Positions 44,218 to 54,669 of a stretch of 64,000 bases of DNA are shown piece after piece; positions within the stretch are counted from its first letter, which is position 1, and each line of letters opens with the position of its first letter. Origin of the DNA: Promethearchaeota archaeon (GTDB lineage: Archaea; Asgardarchaeota; Lokiarchaeia; Sigyniarchaeales; SOKP01); NCBI GenBank assembly GCA_019058015.1, contig JAHLWH010000192.1, positions 302-64,301 on the forward strand. Direction: 5' to 3'. Made by a program: the position numbers and the translations under genes. The notes under the pieces are model-generated. The model ran no database searches. It saw only the letters and a program-made list of their open reading frames with translations, and was not told the DNA's origin.

Positions 44218-44637
44218 TTGTCTGAAGATGAAAAAGAGGAACATGAATTAGAGAAAATTCGATTGAATAAATTAAAAATGATGATGGAAAAGAAAAAGAT
44301 ACACGAAATTCAAAATGTACAACAAAAACAAATTTATGATAAAATTGATGTGGTATTTCGTGCAATTCTCAGCCCCGATGCTTATAATCATTTAATTAAT
44401 TTAAAAAATTCAGATCCAAAAGTTTACTGGGCGATCTTTAATACTTTAGTGACTCCAAGTGTAATTGAACAGATTGATTTATTATTAATGATAATCAATG
44501 AAAGAAATGCCTTATTAAGAAGAATGCCTCTTGAAACTATTGTATATTTAGAAAGAAAGTTTAAAGGGACAAAAATATCAATTAAAGTTAAAAGACGAGA
44601 CGAGGAAGCTGTTGACCTATCGTCTTATTTAAAATAG
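44218..44637 (+). CDS. PDCD5/TFAR19-like DNA-binding protein (tentative)
   Basis: A charged N-terminal helix, then 'ILSPDAYNHLINLK' and a terminal 'ISIKVKRR'. This resembles archaeal PDCD5 homologues. Confidence 0.45.
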   Translation: MSEDEKEEHELEKIRLNKLKMMMEKKKIHEIQNVQQKQIYDKIDVVFRAILSPDAYNHLINLKNSDPKVYWAIFNTLVTPSVIEQIDLLLMIINERNALLRRMPLETIVYLERKFKGTKISIKVKRRDEEAVDLSSYLK

Positions 44638-44663
44638 ATGGATTTTTAAAAAAAATACACTAA

Positions 44664-45218
44664 TTATTGCTCTCTTCCTGAGATAATTGCAGTCACTTTA
44701 TAGCTGTTATCATTTATCTTTTCTCCGTCAATTGAAAAAAATTGAAATGCAAATGGCCGATTAAAGATTTGTTCGACTATATATCCATAGGAGCTTATTG
44801 CAAAAATAAAAAGTCGTTTAAAGATACTCTCAACAGAAACATCAAGATGTAATTCCTTTAGGACCTCTTCTAATACCTCAATTTCTTTTTCGTTATATTT
44901 ATAAGAAAATACAAGTTTGAAATCTACTGGCGTTGGAGCTTCAGGATCATCATATGAAAGGTCAGATTTTCGAAAAGGAAAAAGTGTAGATAAATAAAAA
45001 TTAAAAAATTCACGATAATGATTTTTTAAGAGATGAGAGATTTTAAAGCCCTCAGCATATTTTGGCCAATGCTCTCTCATAGCTTCAAATAATCTGGGAT
45101 AATTTTTTCTCTTTCGTTCGCTTTCTTTTTTTAAAAATAATAATAGCTTATTCTCTATTGGTTTAAACTCACAATCTTTTCCAACTCGTAATAAAAATTG
45201 CTTAAAGCGAACGGACAT
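44664..45218 (-). CDS. Hypothetical protein
   Basis: 184-aa ORF with ordinary composition. I recognise no motif. Confidence 0.45.
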   Translation of the reverse strand: MSVRFKQFLLRVGKDCEFKPIENKLLLFLKKESERKRKNYPRLFEAMREHWPKYAEGFKISHLLKNHYREFFNFYLSTLFPFRKSDLSYDDPEAPTPVDFKLVFSYKYNEKEIEVLEEVLKELHLDVSVESIFKRLFIFAISSYGYIVEQIFNRPFAFQFFSIDGEKINDNSYKVTAIISGREQ

Positions 45219-45516
45219 AGTTTTTTAATAAATTAAGTTAATTTTTAATATATTTTTAGACAGTAAGAACTTACTTTTTATGTTAACACCTATTAAGATC
45301 TATTAAATTTTATTTTTTTGATTTTATATTTAGGTATATTATGAAAATATTATGTTATGCCTTTTTTTATCTTCTTGTTATGAATTTTGAATATCTTTTT
45401 TGAAAGTAAATTTATTTAAATTTAAAATGGAAATTAAAGTAAATATTATTATGCAAATATAGTTAATTCATTCCTATTGAATGATATTACACTTTTTTAA
45501 TCCTTGAGTAAAAATT

Positions 45517-47001
45517 ATGAAAAGACATACAACTTCTCTCTTGTTTATTATAATTTTGTGTTTCAATGTTATAATTGTTGGAAATTCTTTAGTCTGTGCA
45601 AATGAGAATGAAACAATTGATGAGACAATAGCAAATGTAAGAGCAAAAAATATTTTTCTACAGACTAAATTATTCTTACATGAAATAGAAAACGGATTAA
45701 AGGGAGTTGGATATGATGATTATAGTGGGTTAATTGATATTGAAGCAGAAAATAATTCATATGCCCAAGAAAAAATCTTTACATTGGCTGCGTTTTATCA
45801 TAGATATGTTATATCAGGAACTACGATGACTTATGCATGGGCAGAAAATGAGCTATTAACAACATTACAATCAAATTTTTGGAAGTATCACAAGATTTTG
45901 AGAGCGGAAAGTGAAAAAAATAAGAGTATATATTTTACAATTGATAGTATGATTGCTTTAGAATTTTTAACAAGTGCATATCGTGATTCTCAAAACAATA
46001 TCATTAAAAACCAATTATTGGACCCTTTATTCATTCAGCGAGAATCTATGAAAGCAAATAATACGCCCGAATATCAAGGTCCATCTCAATCTGATCATTT
46101 AGCGTTCTGGACTGCAATTAAAGGAGAAGGCTATGAAACAGGACTTAATTCCTATTATAAATATACATCTGGAGGAGATCCAAATTTTCAATATTGTTTA
46201 GCAAATACCTCTTTATGGGCTATTGCAGGTATGCTAAATTATGGATTGTTGGGTAGAGGATCTTCAATCGATGTTGAGCAAGAAATTTTTGATGCATCTC
46301 TTAACGATGCTCAGAAAACGATGAAATATCTTGAAGATGTATTGTTTATTAATGGAAAAGGGTTTAAAGAATATAGTAATGCATCAACAGATAAAATAAT
46401 CTTCAGAACACAAGCTTTATCATTATTATCTTATGTAAGACTATATCAAGCCACTGGAAATGTGGTTTATATTGATAAAGCAGAAAATGTTATCGTTAAT
46501 ATTATAAAACCCTATTTTATTGATTCTGAAAAGGGGGGAGCTGTTGTATGGTTTAACTCAACTTCAGGAATAGGTGCAAATATTAAAGAAGGATATGGGA
46601 ATGCGCTCTATGCATATAGTTTAATGGAATTATTTAAGGCATCTGGACAAGAAAAATATTTAACTACAGCCACAGAAGTAATCAATTTTTTGGGTAATTA
46701 TATGTATAAAAAGAGTTCTGATGAATTGAATGAGGGATATATAGAGTTTATTCAAAAAAATGGAACGATTTACGATCCCCCAGGATTTCTAAGTAATACA
46801 ACTAGATTGTGGAAAACTAATGCGTTAATATTTTATATCAATGAAGATATCTATTTTATTTTTCAACCTTTATTTGTCAAAAATATGGTTTGGATAATAA
46901 CCGGCATAATAGCTCTTATTGGAGTAATTGTAATTGTACTACTTATTAATAAATACAGAGTTAAAGGCAAGAAATTGTCGAAAACAATCAAAACTTCATA
47001 A
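45517..47001 (+). CDS. Secreted/surface protein with N-terminal signal peptide and C-terminal TM anchor
   Basis: 'MKRHTTSLLFIIILCFNVIIVGNSLVCA' is signal-like. 'VWIITGIIALIGVIVIVLLI' followed by basic residues lies at the C-terminus. There are many N-x-S/T sequons. Confidence 0.6.
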   Translation: MKRHTTSLLFIIILCFNVIIVGNSLVCANENETIDETIANVRAKNIFLQTKLFLHEIENGLKGVGYDDYSGLIDIEAENNSYAQEKIFTLAAFYHRYVISGTTMTYAWAENELLTTLQSNFWKYHKILRAESEKNKSIYFTIDSMIALEFLTSAYRDSQNNIIKNQLLDPLFIQRESMKANNTPEYQGPSQSDHLAFWTAIKGEGYETGLNSYYKYTSGGDPNFQYCLANTSLWAIAGMLNYGLLGRGSSIDVEQEIFDASLNDAQKTMKYLEDVLFINGKGFKEYSNASTDKIIFRTQALSLLSYVRLYQATGNVVYIDKAENVIVNIIKPYFIDSEKGGAVVWFNSTSGIGANIKEGYGNALYAYSLMELFKASGQEKYLTTATEVINFLGNYMYKKSSDELNEGYIEFIQKNGTIYDPPGFLSNTTRLWKTNALIFYINEDIYFIFQPLFVKNMVWIITGIIALIGVIVIVLLINKYRVKGKKLSKTIKTS

Positions 47002-47041
47002 TAAAAATCAATTTATAATAAAACAAAACATATGATTATTT

Positions 47042-48256
47042 ATGGAAAAAAAGGTCGGATTACTATATTCTGAAGATTTCATAACATATAATTTTGGCAA
47101 AACACACCCTCTAAAACCAATAAGATTAGAGTTAACTTATAAATTATTTAAGGAGCTTGGTCTTATGTCCCACCCTAAGATTGAGATAATTGCTCCAGAA
47201 ATGGCTACCGAGCAAGATTTGATGATGCTGCATTCGGAAGAATATGTTAAAACTGTAAAAAAATTAAGTGAAGATCCAGCTAATCCAGCCGTGAATGGTT
47301 GGAAATACGGATTAGGCCCAGGAGATAACCCAATTTTTGAGGGAATGTATGAGGCTTCGGCTTTAATCGCTGGTGCAAGTATTAAAGCTGCTGAAATGAT
47401 CATGAATCAATCTGAAAATTATAATATAATTTTCAATCCTGCTGGAGGTTTACATCATGCACATAAAGATCAAGCGTCAGGGTTTTGTATTTTTAATGAC
47501 GTGGCTTTAGCTATCAAGAAAATGAAGTTATTAAAACCCGATATACGAATCACATATTTAGATATTGATGCACACCATGGAGATGGTGTACAATGGTTTT
47601 ATTATAAAGATCCTAATGTTTTAACTATATCTTTTCATGAAAGTGGAAGGTATCTATTCCCCGGAACTGGCGATATAAATGAAATTGGAGATGGAGATGG
47701 GAAATACTTCTCTATTAATTTTCCGTTATTGCCTGGCTTTTACGATGATCTATATCTAAATCTTCTCAGAAACATTATTCCAGAAATCCTAAATATATAT
47801 AAACCAGATGTCTTAGTTACACAACTTGGTGTAGATGCTTATAATTTGGACCCTCTTACTCAATTAGGTTTATCTCTTTCAGGCTATCGTGAAATTGCTA
47901 AAGAAATACATCAATATAGTAAAAAATATTGCAAAAATAAATGGCTCGCCGTTGGGGGTGGAGGCTATTTAGTAACAGTTGTTCCTCGGGCTTGGTCTAT
48001 TTTTCTTGCAGAAATGCTTGACGTTGAGCTCAATAACGACCTTCCTAAAGAATGGAAAAAAGAATGTCATATAAATGCTTCAGATGAAATACCTCCAAAA
48101 ACAATGTTCGATAAAAATGATAAATTAGTATTAGAACTTTTTTCCCATACTGAATTGAAAAAAAGAATGATGGATTATTATAACATGCTAATTAAAGTTA
48201 GTCGTGAAAAATATATTCCAAATTTAAAAAACGCCGTAAAAAAGTTGAATTTTTAG
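47042..48256 (+). CDS. Histone-deacetylase-family protein (AcuC/class I HDAC-like)
   Basis: 'HPLKPIRL', 'AGGLHHAHKDQASGFCIFNDVA', 'DIDAHHGDGVQ'. Confidence 0.9.
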   Translation: MEKKVGLLYSEDFITYNFGKTHPLKPIRLELTYKLFKELGLMSHPKIEIIAPEMATEQDLMMLHSEEYVKTVKKLSEDPANPAVNGWKYGLGPGDNPIFEGMYEASALIAGASIKAAEMIMNQSENYNIIFNPAGGLHHAHKDQASGFCIFNDVALAIKKMKLLKPDIRITYLDIDAHHGDGVQWFYYKDPNVLTISFHESGRYLFPGTGDINEIGDGDGKYFSINFPLLPGFYDDLYLNLLRNIIPEILNIYKPDVLVTQLGVDAYNLDPLTQLGLSLSGYREIAKEIHQYSKKYCKNKWLAVGGGGYLVTVVPRAWSIFLAEMLDVELNNDLPKEWKKECHINASDEIPPKTMFDKNDKLVLELFSHTELKKRMMDYYNMLIKVSREKYIPNLKNAVKKLNF

Positions 48257-48781
48257 AACAAAAAAAAAATAAAATTTTTAATAATTACTTGAAAAAGAGT
48301 ATATCTAAAAAAAAATTCCTTCAAATAAAAAAAATTAAAAAAAAAATCAGTAAAAAATTTACTTTAATTTAATTATCTTTAAGAATATATTAATAATAAA
48401 TTAATGATTTTTTTCTAAAATTGGCATCAAATTTAAGTTTTTTTTACATTAATATGTACATTTTCGATTTTCCCGTTTTTCTCGGGACAAACGAAAACTT
48501 TATATACAATTAGGTTTCATATAGAACTTAAGAAGTTAAAAACTTTTTATTTAATATTCGGACACTGGAGAAATAAAACATGTATTCTTATACCTCAACC
48601 CTTAACCCTATTGTTAGAAACTACATCTCCCTCATTCTAGAATAGTTTTTAAATTATTTCTTCAAACCGAATATACTCCCTTTTCCTTATAACGCCGACA
48701 TTTTTAAGTTTTTTTCCAAATTTAAATATTAATTTTGATATATTAAGAAATGTCAAAAATAACTCTTTTTTCTAGATTTAT

Positions 48782-49147
48782 TTGAAGAGATTGTTTAAAA
48801 ATTTCCCTTCATGTCCCTCAACAACAAATCTTTTATATAAAGTTATATCAAAGCTAAATGATCTTATACCTTCTATTCAAAGTCATAGTTTGGAAGAAGA
48901 TGTATCGGGTTGTGTAGAATTGCTCGAATTTATTAACCCTTTTAACACTAAAGAGATGTTAAAAATAAAAATTAGTGCTGATTTGATATACAACCTTAAT
49001 TTTGTTGGATTAATAACTAGATTTCCAGAAGATATTATTAAAGGAGATAAAAACTCGTGGTTATTTGTTGGAGACATTAAAATTAGTGGAAAAATTTACC
49101 CAAATGAAATCCACTACGTTTTAAGACGATTTAAAAGCAGTTTGTAA
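48782..49147 (+). CDS. Hypothetical ORF adjacent to integrase remnant
   Basis: 121-aa ORF (TTG start) with no recognisable motif. Confidence 0.3.
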   Translation: MKRLFKNFPSCPSTTNLLYKVISKLNDLIPSIQSHSLEEDVSGCVELLEFINPFNTKEMLKIKISADLIYNLNFVGLITRFPEDIIKGDKNSWLFVGDIKISGKIYPNEIHYVLRRFKSSL

Positions 49148-49148
49148 A

Positions 49149-49300
49149 AGATTGGATGTTAAGAATATAACACTAAGAACCTCACGTAGATATTTTAACC
49201 AATCAATTAAAACTGGTATTGACACCAATGAGATTGAAATTGCTGAGAGAATGATGGGACATGAGTTAAATGGAAGTTAATTAGCATACTAAACATTATA
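49149..49300 (+). pseudogene. Possible tyrosine-recombinase C-terminal remnant
   Basis: My manual translation 'KRLDVKNITLRTSRRYFNQSIKTGIDTNEIEIAERMMGHELNGS*LAY*' resembles the integrase box II region (h.LR.sf.t.l...G.....i...mGH......Y). A stop falls before the catalytic Tyr position. Confidence 0.35.
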
Positions 49301-49464
49301 CGACAACCCCGAAGAGTTTATAATGCGGTAAATAGATAATATTGAAGGGAAGACATTAATATTAGGAGAAAACGGGAATATAAAAATTTATTAATACGAA
49401 TATTAATATAGCTAATTTTTACTTTTTTAAGAATAGAGAAATAAGATTATAATTATAGTTTTGG

Positions 49465-50268
49465 GTGGAAAAAATAACTATTACATTTAGTTTTGTTAAC
49501 ATTTTCTCATTTCTAAATACTTTACCTACGTTTATTTTAATTATAACTAATTTATTTATAATTAAATCTGGCATGAACCAATCAGATGAGGTGCGATTCT
49601 CCAAATTATTAATATTAGCGGGTAAAATTAATATTTGTTGTGAGATTATAAAATATTTAATCCCTAATATCTCTATGACTGATATAAATTTTAATTATGC
49701 AGTAGAATATCAATTTTTTCTAAGTTATCAGATTTTTCGATCATTATTATTTGGAATACCAGCCATTATAACTTATGGAATTTTTTTTATAATTTTTGGA
49801 AAGGAAAATCGAGAACATTTTAGAAATTACCTGATAATTGTAGGAATTTTATGGACTTTTAGCAACATATTAAGCACCATTTTCTGGAATGGTGAATTAT
49901 TTACATTTTTATTTGTTGAAGGAATTAGCGTTAATATTATGGTTATACTATATATCATATATAATCTCGTCTGGGGCATACCATATTTAGTCTCAGTAAT
50001 TTTTTTAATAATTCATGGCATAAAAAATAAGGATAGATTTCTTACTTATACTGGTATCTTCTTTTTATTTGAAGTTATTTTTAAATTGATGGTTTTACCT
50101 TTACTTATAGCTACAGCCTTAATCTTTTACGCTGCTGGTGTGATAATTTATGAGCCGGCATTGATTCATCCTCTTTTAAACATGATTGGTTTTATAGTTT
50201 TGCTATTCTTAATCCTGGCAATTGGAATTGTTATTGCGTTTCTTTTTAAAAAAGAAAAGGAAATTTAA
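49465..50268 (+). CDS. Polytopic membrane protein, unknown function
   Basis: 267 aa, about 7 hydrophobic helices. Confidence 0.55.
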   Translation: MEKITITFSFVNIFSFLNTLPTFILIITNLFIIKSGMNQSDEVRFSKLLILAGKINICCEIIKYLIPNISMTDINFNYAVEYQFFLSYQIFRSLLFGIPAIITYGIFFIIFGKENREHFRNYLIIVGILWTFSNILSTIFWNGELFTFLFVEGISVNIMVILYIIYNLVWGIPYLVSVIFLIIHGIKNKDRFLTYTGIFFLFEVIFKLMVLPLLIATALIFYAAGVIIYEPALIHPLLNMIGFIVLLFLILAIGIVIAFLFKKEKEI

Positions 50269-50328
50269 ATTTCAATTATTTAAGCCGTATTTTTTTTTTT
50301 CTATATTTTTATTTTATATCTCTCCTTT

Positions 50329-51444
50329 ATGATAAATATGAGAATTAATAAACTTTTATTGAATGAGAAGATTACTTCTAACCAAATAAAGGTTGATGCG
50401 TTTTTTATCAAGAAACCAGAGAACTTATTATACTTACTAGGCTTTAAAATTGAAACCGATTCGCTTTTACTAATACCAAATGTGGATTTTGAAAATTTTA
50501 GCATACCAAAATTTTTTGTTACTGAATTAGATTATGAGATGGCTCATTCGAAGCTTAAGGATTTAGACATTTTAGAGAAGTTAGAGTTGGTAAAGATACC
50601 TAAGGGAAATCCGGATTTTATTAAAAAGGAAGTAGGCAAATTAAAGTTAAAAAGATTAGGATTTGAAGATGGGTTTGTAACATATAAAAACTATAATGAT
50701 TTAATACAAAAATTTAAAGGTGTTAAGTTTAAAGGAATATCTGACATAATCCAAGAAGCGCGCATGAGCAAAGATGAAGATGAGATCATAAAAATAAAGG
50801 AAGCTGCCAGATTAGGAGATATTGGTCTTAAGGTTGCGATTGAATATATTAAAGATGGAATTACTGAATTGGATCTTGCCGCGGAGGCTGAATATCATAT
50901 GAGAAAGAATGGTTCAAGTAAGGTAGCATTTGAAACAATAGTTGCTTCAGGTGAAAGATCTTGGCTTCCTCATGGAACATCGACTTCGCGAAAGATAAAA
51001 GATGGTGATATAATTACTATAGATATTGGAGCGGTATATGATGGATATTGCTCTGATATGACGAGAACCTTTATTCATGGAAAGGTCTTGGATGAGAAAG
51101 CGGAAATTATTAATTTTGTTAATAAGGCACAACAAGCTGTTTTAGATGTTATTAAGGCAGGTGAGAAATGTTCAGAAATGGACCGCATTGCATGTGATTC
51201 ATTTAAGGAGGATGGAGTTGCGGAGTATTTTATTCATGGATTGGGGCACGGAGTAGGGATTGATATTCATGAAGATCCCTATTTAAACGCAACCTCAAAA
51301 TTCGTTTTAAAGAAAAATATGGTTGTAACAGTCGAACCAGGAATTTATATACCTGGAAAAGGTGGCGCTCGTACAGAAGATTTAATAATTGTTAAAGAAG
51401 ATGGTTTTGAGTGTTTATCTAAATCAGAAATTAAGCAATATTAA
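50329..51444 (+). CDS. Xaa-Pro aminopeptidase/dipeptidase (peptidase M24B)
   Basis: 'DIGAVYDGYCSDMTRTF', 'HGLGHGVGIDIHEDP', 'VEPGIYIPGKGGARTEDLIIV' are the pita-bread metal ligands. Confidence 0.85.
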   Translation: MINMRINKLLLNEKITSNQIKVDAFFIKKPENLLYLLGFKIETDSLLLIPNVDFENFSIPKFFVTELDYEMAHSKLKDLDILEKLELVKIPKGNPDFIKKEVGKLKLKRLGFEDGFVTYKNYNDLIQKFKGVKFKGISDIIQEARMSKDEDEIIKIKEAARLGDIGLKVAIEYIKDGITELDLAAEAEYHMRKNGSSKVAFETIVASGERSWLPHGTSTSRKIKDGDIITIDIGAVYDGYCSDMTRTFIHGKVLDEKAEIINFVNKAQQAVLDVIKAGEKCSEMDRIACDSFKEDGVAEYFIHGLGHGVGIDIHEDPYLNATSKFVLKKNMVVTVEPGIYIPGKGGARTEDLIIVKEDGFECLSKSEIKQY

Positions 51445-51659
51445 TGAAAAAAATCTCAATATTATTTAAATAAAACTAAGATATTGAGTTTTTTTTTTTA
51501 TTGAATAAAAGACTGTTGGGTTTTACTTTATTTAAAGTTGATTTTTATCTCTTGGACTTTTTATGGTTTAAGTATTTATACTAGACGAGTATTAATAGAT
51601 TAAAGCCGATTAAGACAAAATAAATTCGAATAAAGAGATATCTTAAATAATCGATATTT

Positions 51660-52718
51660 TTGATAAGGATGGAAAAAAGCCCTATTGAAGGAATTATTTA
51701 TTCGCAATTCCAAGAAACCGAAGGTCCAACAACACTGTTATGGGAACCTGATGATTTATCTGAAGATATAAAAAGATTAGTTAATAAAAAATCAATTTCT
51801 CTATTAAGAGGAGAAAGAGGATTTATTCCCAAATCGTTAATTATCATTCCATTCCCATCCTTTAACCTAAAAATTATTGTAAAATATTTACATGTTAAAG
51901 ATAAAAGTTATACAGGAGGATTTCGAATCACTGCGATCAATTTACTTTTCAATGATATTGAGGATGTTATTTTTTACAAGTATCATAGAAATTTTGAATC
52001 AGTTTTTAAAAAAATTACTAAAAAAATCACTCAATTAGAAAAATCAAGAGCTGATATAAAATTGATTGCAGGAGAACTAAAGATTTTTAAAATTGATTTA
52101 TTGAATTTAATAAAAGAACTGCGAGATGAGGAAATTTCCACTTTCCATGGAGAGGAATTTCCTGAAACTAAAGAAGATATATCTAAATTTAGAGGTTTTA
52201 AATTTAAGTTAATTATTTGCGGCGATCCAGAGGTTGGAAAGACCTCAGCTTTTTTGAGATTCAACGATAAAGCGTTTAAGAGAACTTATCTTCCAACAAT
52301 TGGGGTAAATATAAGCGAGAAAAAAGTTCAATTAAAAAAATTTAACATGGAAATTGCTTTTATGATTTGGGATATTGCTGGGCAACAAAAATTCCAATCT
52401 ATGAGAAAACATTTCTATACTGGAGCTGAAGGTGTATTTTTAATGTTTGATTTAACAAGTCACGAATCTTTTCTGAATATATCTAATTGGCATAAAGATA
52501 TTAAATTAAAATTAAAGGATGATTTTGTAGGTTTTTTATTAGGAAACAAAAGAGATTTACGTGTTGAGAGAAGAGTAGGTATAGATGAGATACATAAACT
52601 CGCAAAAGATTTGAATTTGGATTATATAGAGACATCTGCTTTAACGGGGTTAAATATTGATAAAACCTTTTATGATATGAGTAAGGCTATAGTCTCGCTT
52701 AATGAATTAAAATCTTAA
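51660..52718 (+). CDS. Rab-like small GTPase with ~180-aa N-terminal extension
   Basis: G1 'GDPEVGKTS', G2 'TIGVN', G3 'WDIAGQQKF', G4 'GNKRDL', G5 'ETSALTG'. The N-terminal alpha/beta-looking domain plus a short coiled coil precede it. The ATG at 51669 is the likelier start. Confidence 0.85.
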   Translation: MIRMEKSPIEGIIYSQFQETEGPTTLLWEPDDLSEDIKRLVNKKSISLLRGERGFIPKSLIIIPFPSFNLKIIVKYLHVKDKSYTGGFRITAINLLFNDIEDVIFYKYHRNFESVFKKITKKITQLEKSRADIKLIAGELKIFKIDLLNLIKELRDEEISTFHGEEFPETKEDISKFRGFKFKLIICGDPEVGKTSAFLRFNDKAFKRTYLPTIGVNISEKKVQLKKFNMEIAFMIWDIAGQQKFQSMRKHFYTGAEGVFLMFDLTSHESFLNISNWHKDIKLKLKDDFVGFLLGNKRDLRVERRVGIDEIHKLAKDLNLDYIETSALTGLNIDKTFYDMSKAIVSLNELKS

Positions 52719-52741
52719 AATGAGATATAAAACGGAAAAGA

Positions 52742-53557
52742 TTATGACACATCAACCAATTTTGTTATTCTACTGATTGTTGTATCTAAAAATGTACTAT
52801 CTTCTATTTTTAATTCAATCGCATTTTGAGGACAAATTAGAACACATCTTCCACATCCTCTGCATTCATTACTAATAGTGGCATGTTTATTAATCAATTT
52901 GATTGCATTAACAAAACATATATTTTTAGTGCATGTTCCGCAACCTATACATTTCTCAGTTACCTTAATGGAGGCACCAGGCATCCTTGTAAATTTTTCT
53001 CCAATTTCTGATGTGACATAAGGTAATATCCTATAAAGACAACAGCATGGGCAACAATTACAGATACTTAAAAGCTTATTTCCTGGGTTAACATTAAGCC
53101 AAGACGAATCCAACTTATTTCTGCCTATTAAATGAACAAGACCGGCTTCTCGACAGCGTCTCACATGTTCTAATGCTTCCTCTTTTGTAACACGACGTCC
53201 TAATTGTGGATTGATGCCCATTACAGCTTCTCCAAGAAAGAGACAACCAAGATTAATAGGATAATCTTTACATTTCATCGAATCTCGACATATACAAAAA
53301 TTCATAATCCAATGATAATTGGCTGTCTCAATGAAATATTCGACTATTTTAGATGGTAATATTATTTCATCTTGAGGTTTCAAGCTTTCATTAATTTGTA
53401 TTACTTTATCCTTGGGCAAAAAGATTATATCATCACCCTCAAAGAGCATCTTCTCGATTAATTTTCCTATGATTGGAAACCTTGTCATCTTAGCAATAAT
53501 AATTATATGAGGAAATGTCTTTTTTAGAATTTTTACAAACCATAACGGGCGTGCCAT
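52742..53557 (-). CDS. Cys-rich Fe-S protein with 2x[4Fe-4S] ferredoxin domain
   Basis: 'CIGCGTCTKNC' and 'CRGCGRCVLICPQNAI', plus the upstream Cys clusters 'FCICRD' and 'CNCCPCCC'. Confidence 0.7.
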   Translation of the reverse strand: MARPLWFVKILKKTFPHIIIIAKMTRFPIIGKLIEKMLFEGDDIIFLPKDKVIQINESLKPQDEIILPSKIVEYFIETANYHWIMNFCICRDSMKCKDYPINLGCLFLGEAVMGINPQLGRRVTKEEALEHVRRCREAGLVHLIGRNKLDSSWLNVNPGNKLLSICNCCPCCCLYRILPYVTSEIGEKFTRMPGASIKVTEKCIGCGTCTKNICFVNAIKLINKHATISNECRGCGRCVLICPQNAIELKIEDSTFLDTTISRITKLVDVS

Positions 53558-53586
53558 ATAATATCATTATTGTTATGAAATAGAAA

Positions 53587-54390
53587 TTAGAGATTTATTT
53601 TTTTAGCCGTATTATATAAGTAGCTATAATAATATGTTGCAGCCGGTCCAAAAGCAAGGTGGTCAGTTACTATTCCAAAATATGAAATTTTTTCAAAGAA
53701 TTGCTGAGAAAAGATTAAGAATGCGTTTTTTCCACCGTCAATAACAATGCCATTTCCAAATATTTGATCTCTTGCTCTAACTTCTGCAATTTCAGTGTAT
53801 TTTGTTAAAATCTCTTTATAAGCACCATCTTTAATTGATTTTTCTTCAACTAATAGTTTGATTTCAATAACTCCCCTTGCGCGAGCTTTCTTTATTGCTT
53901 CATAACAATCTACTAAAAATTCCAGGTCTGGAGTAGCAAAAGATATCGATTTTTTTGCTATCTTAAATAGACTTAAAACAGTATTTAAACAAGTTTCCTT
54001 ACCTCTATGTATATAAAGTGCTATTTTGATTGGACTTTTTTGGCTTTGATATATTGGATTTAACTCTCTAATAACAAGATTAGAATCTTCTTCATATTCT
54101 TTTAACATTTCCTGTTTGGCAATTAATAAGGCTTCATCAGGTGATTTTGCATGATATTTTGAGGGCCTAGATTCTTCTTCTTTTATAATAAAAGATTTTT
54201 CTTTTTCCAAAATACTTAAAATATTATAAATTCGGGAATATGGAACGCCAGATACATCAGAAAGATTGCGTGCATCCATAGCTCCCTCTGAAACAAGTGC
54301 TAAATAGATGGAAATTTCATAATCCGTCAAACCAATTCTCTTTAGACTTTCTTTGACATTTTCTGGAATTCCTCTTACTTCTTGCTCCAT
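53587..54390 (-). CDS. TrmB-family transcriptional regulator
   Basis: 'LKRIGLTDYEISIYLALVSEGAMDARNLSDVSGVPYSRIYNILSILEKE' is the TrmB N-terminal wHTH. Confidence 0.8.
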   Translation of the reverse strand: MEQEVRGIPENVKESLKRIGLTDYEISIYLALVSEGAMDARNLSDVSGVPYSRIYNILSILEKEKSFIIKEEESRPSKYHAKSPDEALLIAKQEMLKEYEEDSNLVIRELNPIYQSQKSPIKIALYIHRGKETCLNTVLSLFKIAKKSISFATPDLEFLVDCYEAIKKARARGVIEIKLLVEEKSIKDGAYKEILTKYTEIAEVRARDQIFGNGIVIDGGKNAFLIFSQQFFEKISYFGIVTDHLAFGPAATYYYSYLYNTAKKINL

Positions 54391-54669
54391 TTTCTAAAGC
54401 CTTTTTATTAAAGATAATGCTAAATTTTTCTTAAGATTAATTCAAAAATAAATTAATTAAATATTAATAGTTTTTCTGTACTATTAAAGGTTCATCACTT
54501 TATTATTTAAGAATAATTGTAATAACTCAGTATTGTTGATAGATTTAATATTGAGTTATATTATATAATTATAACGAGAGAGCGATTTATTGCCTTAATC
54601 ATAAAGGAATTAGATTTAAAAGGTCATAAAATAAATTTCTTTTAGAGAAATTATAAGATGTAATGAGTT

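Noticed and set aside
48257-48460. Long A- and T-runs after the HDAC gene as a possible regulatory or repeat element
   Set aside because: This is simple homopolymer-rich low complexity with no periodic unit or symmetry. It is probably just AT-rich spacer or terminator sequence.
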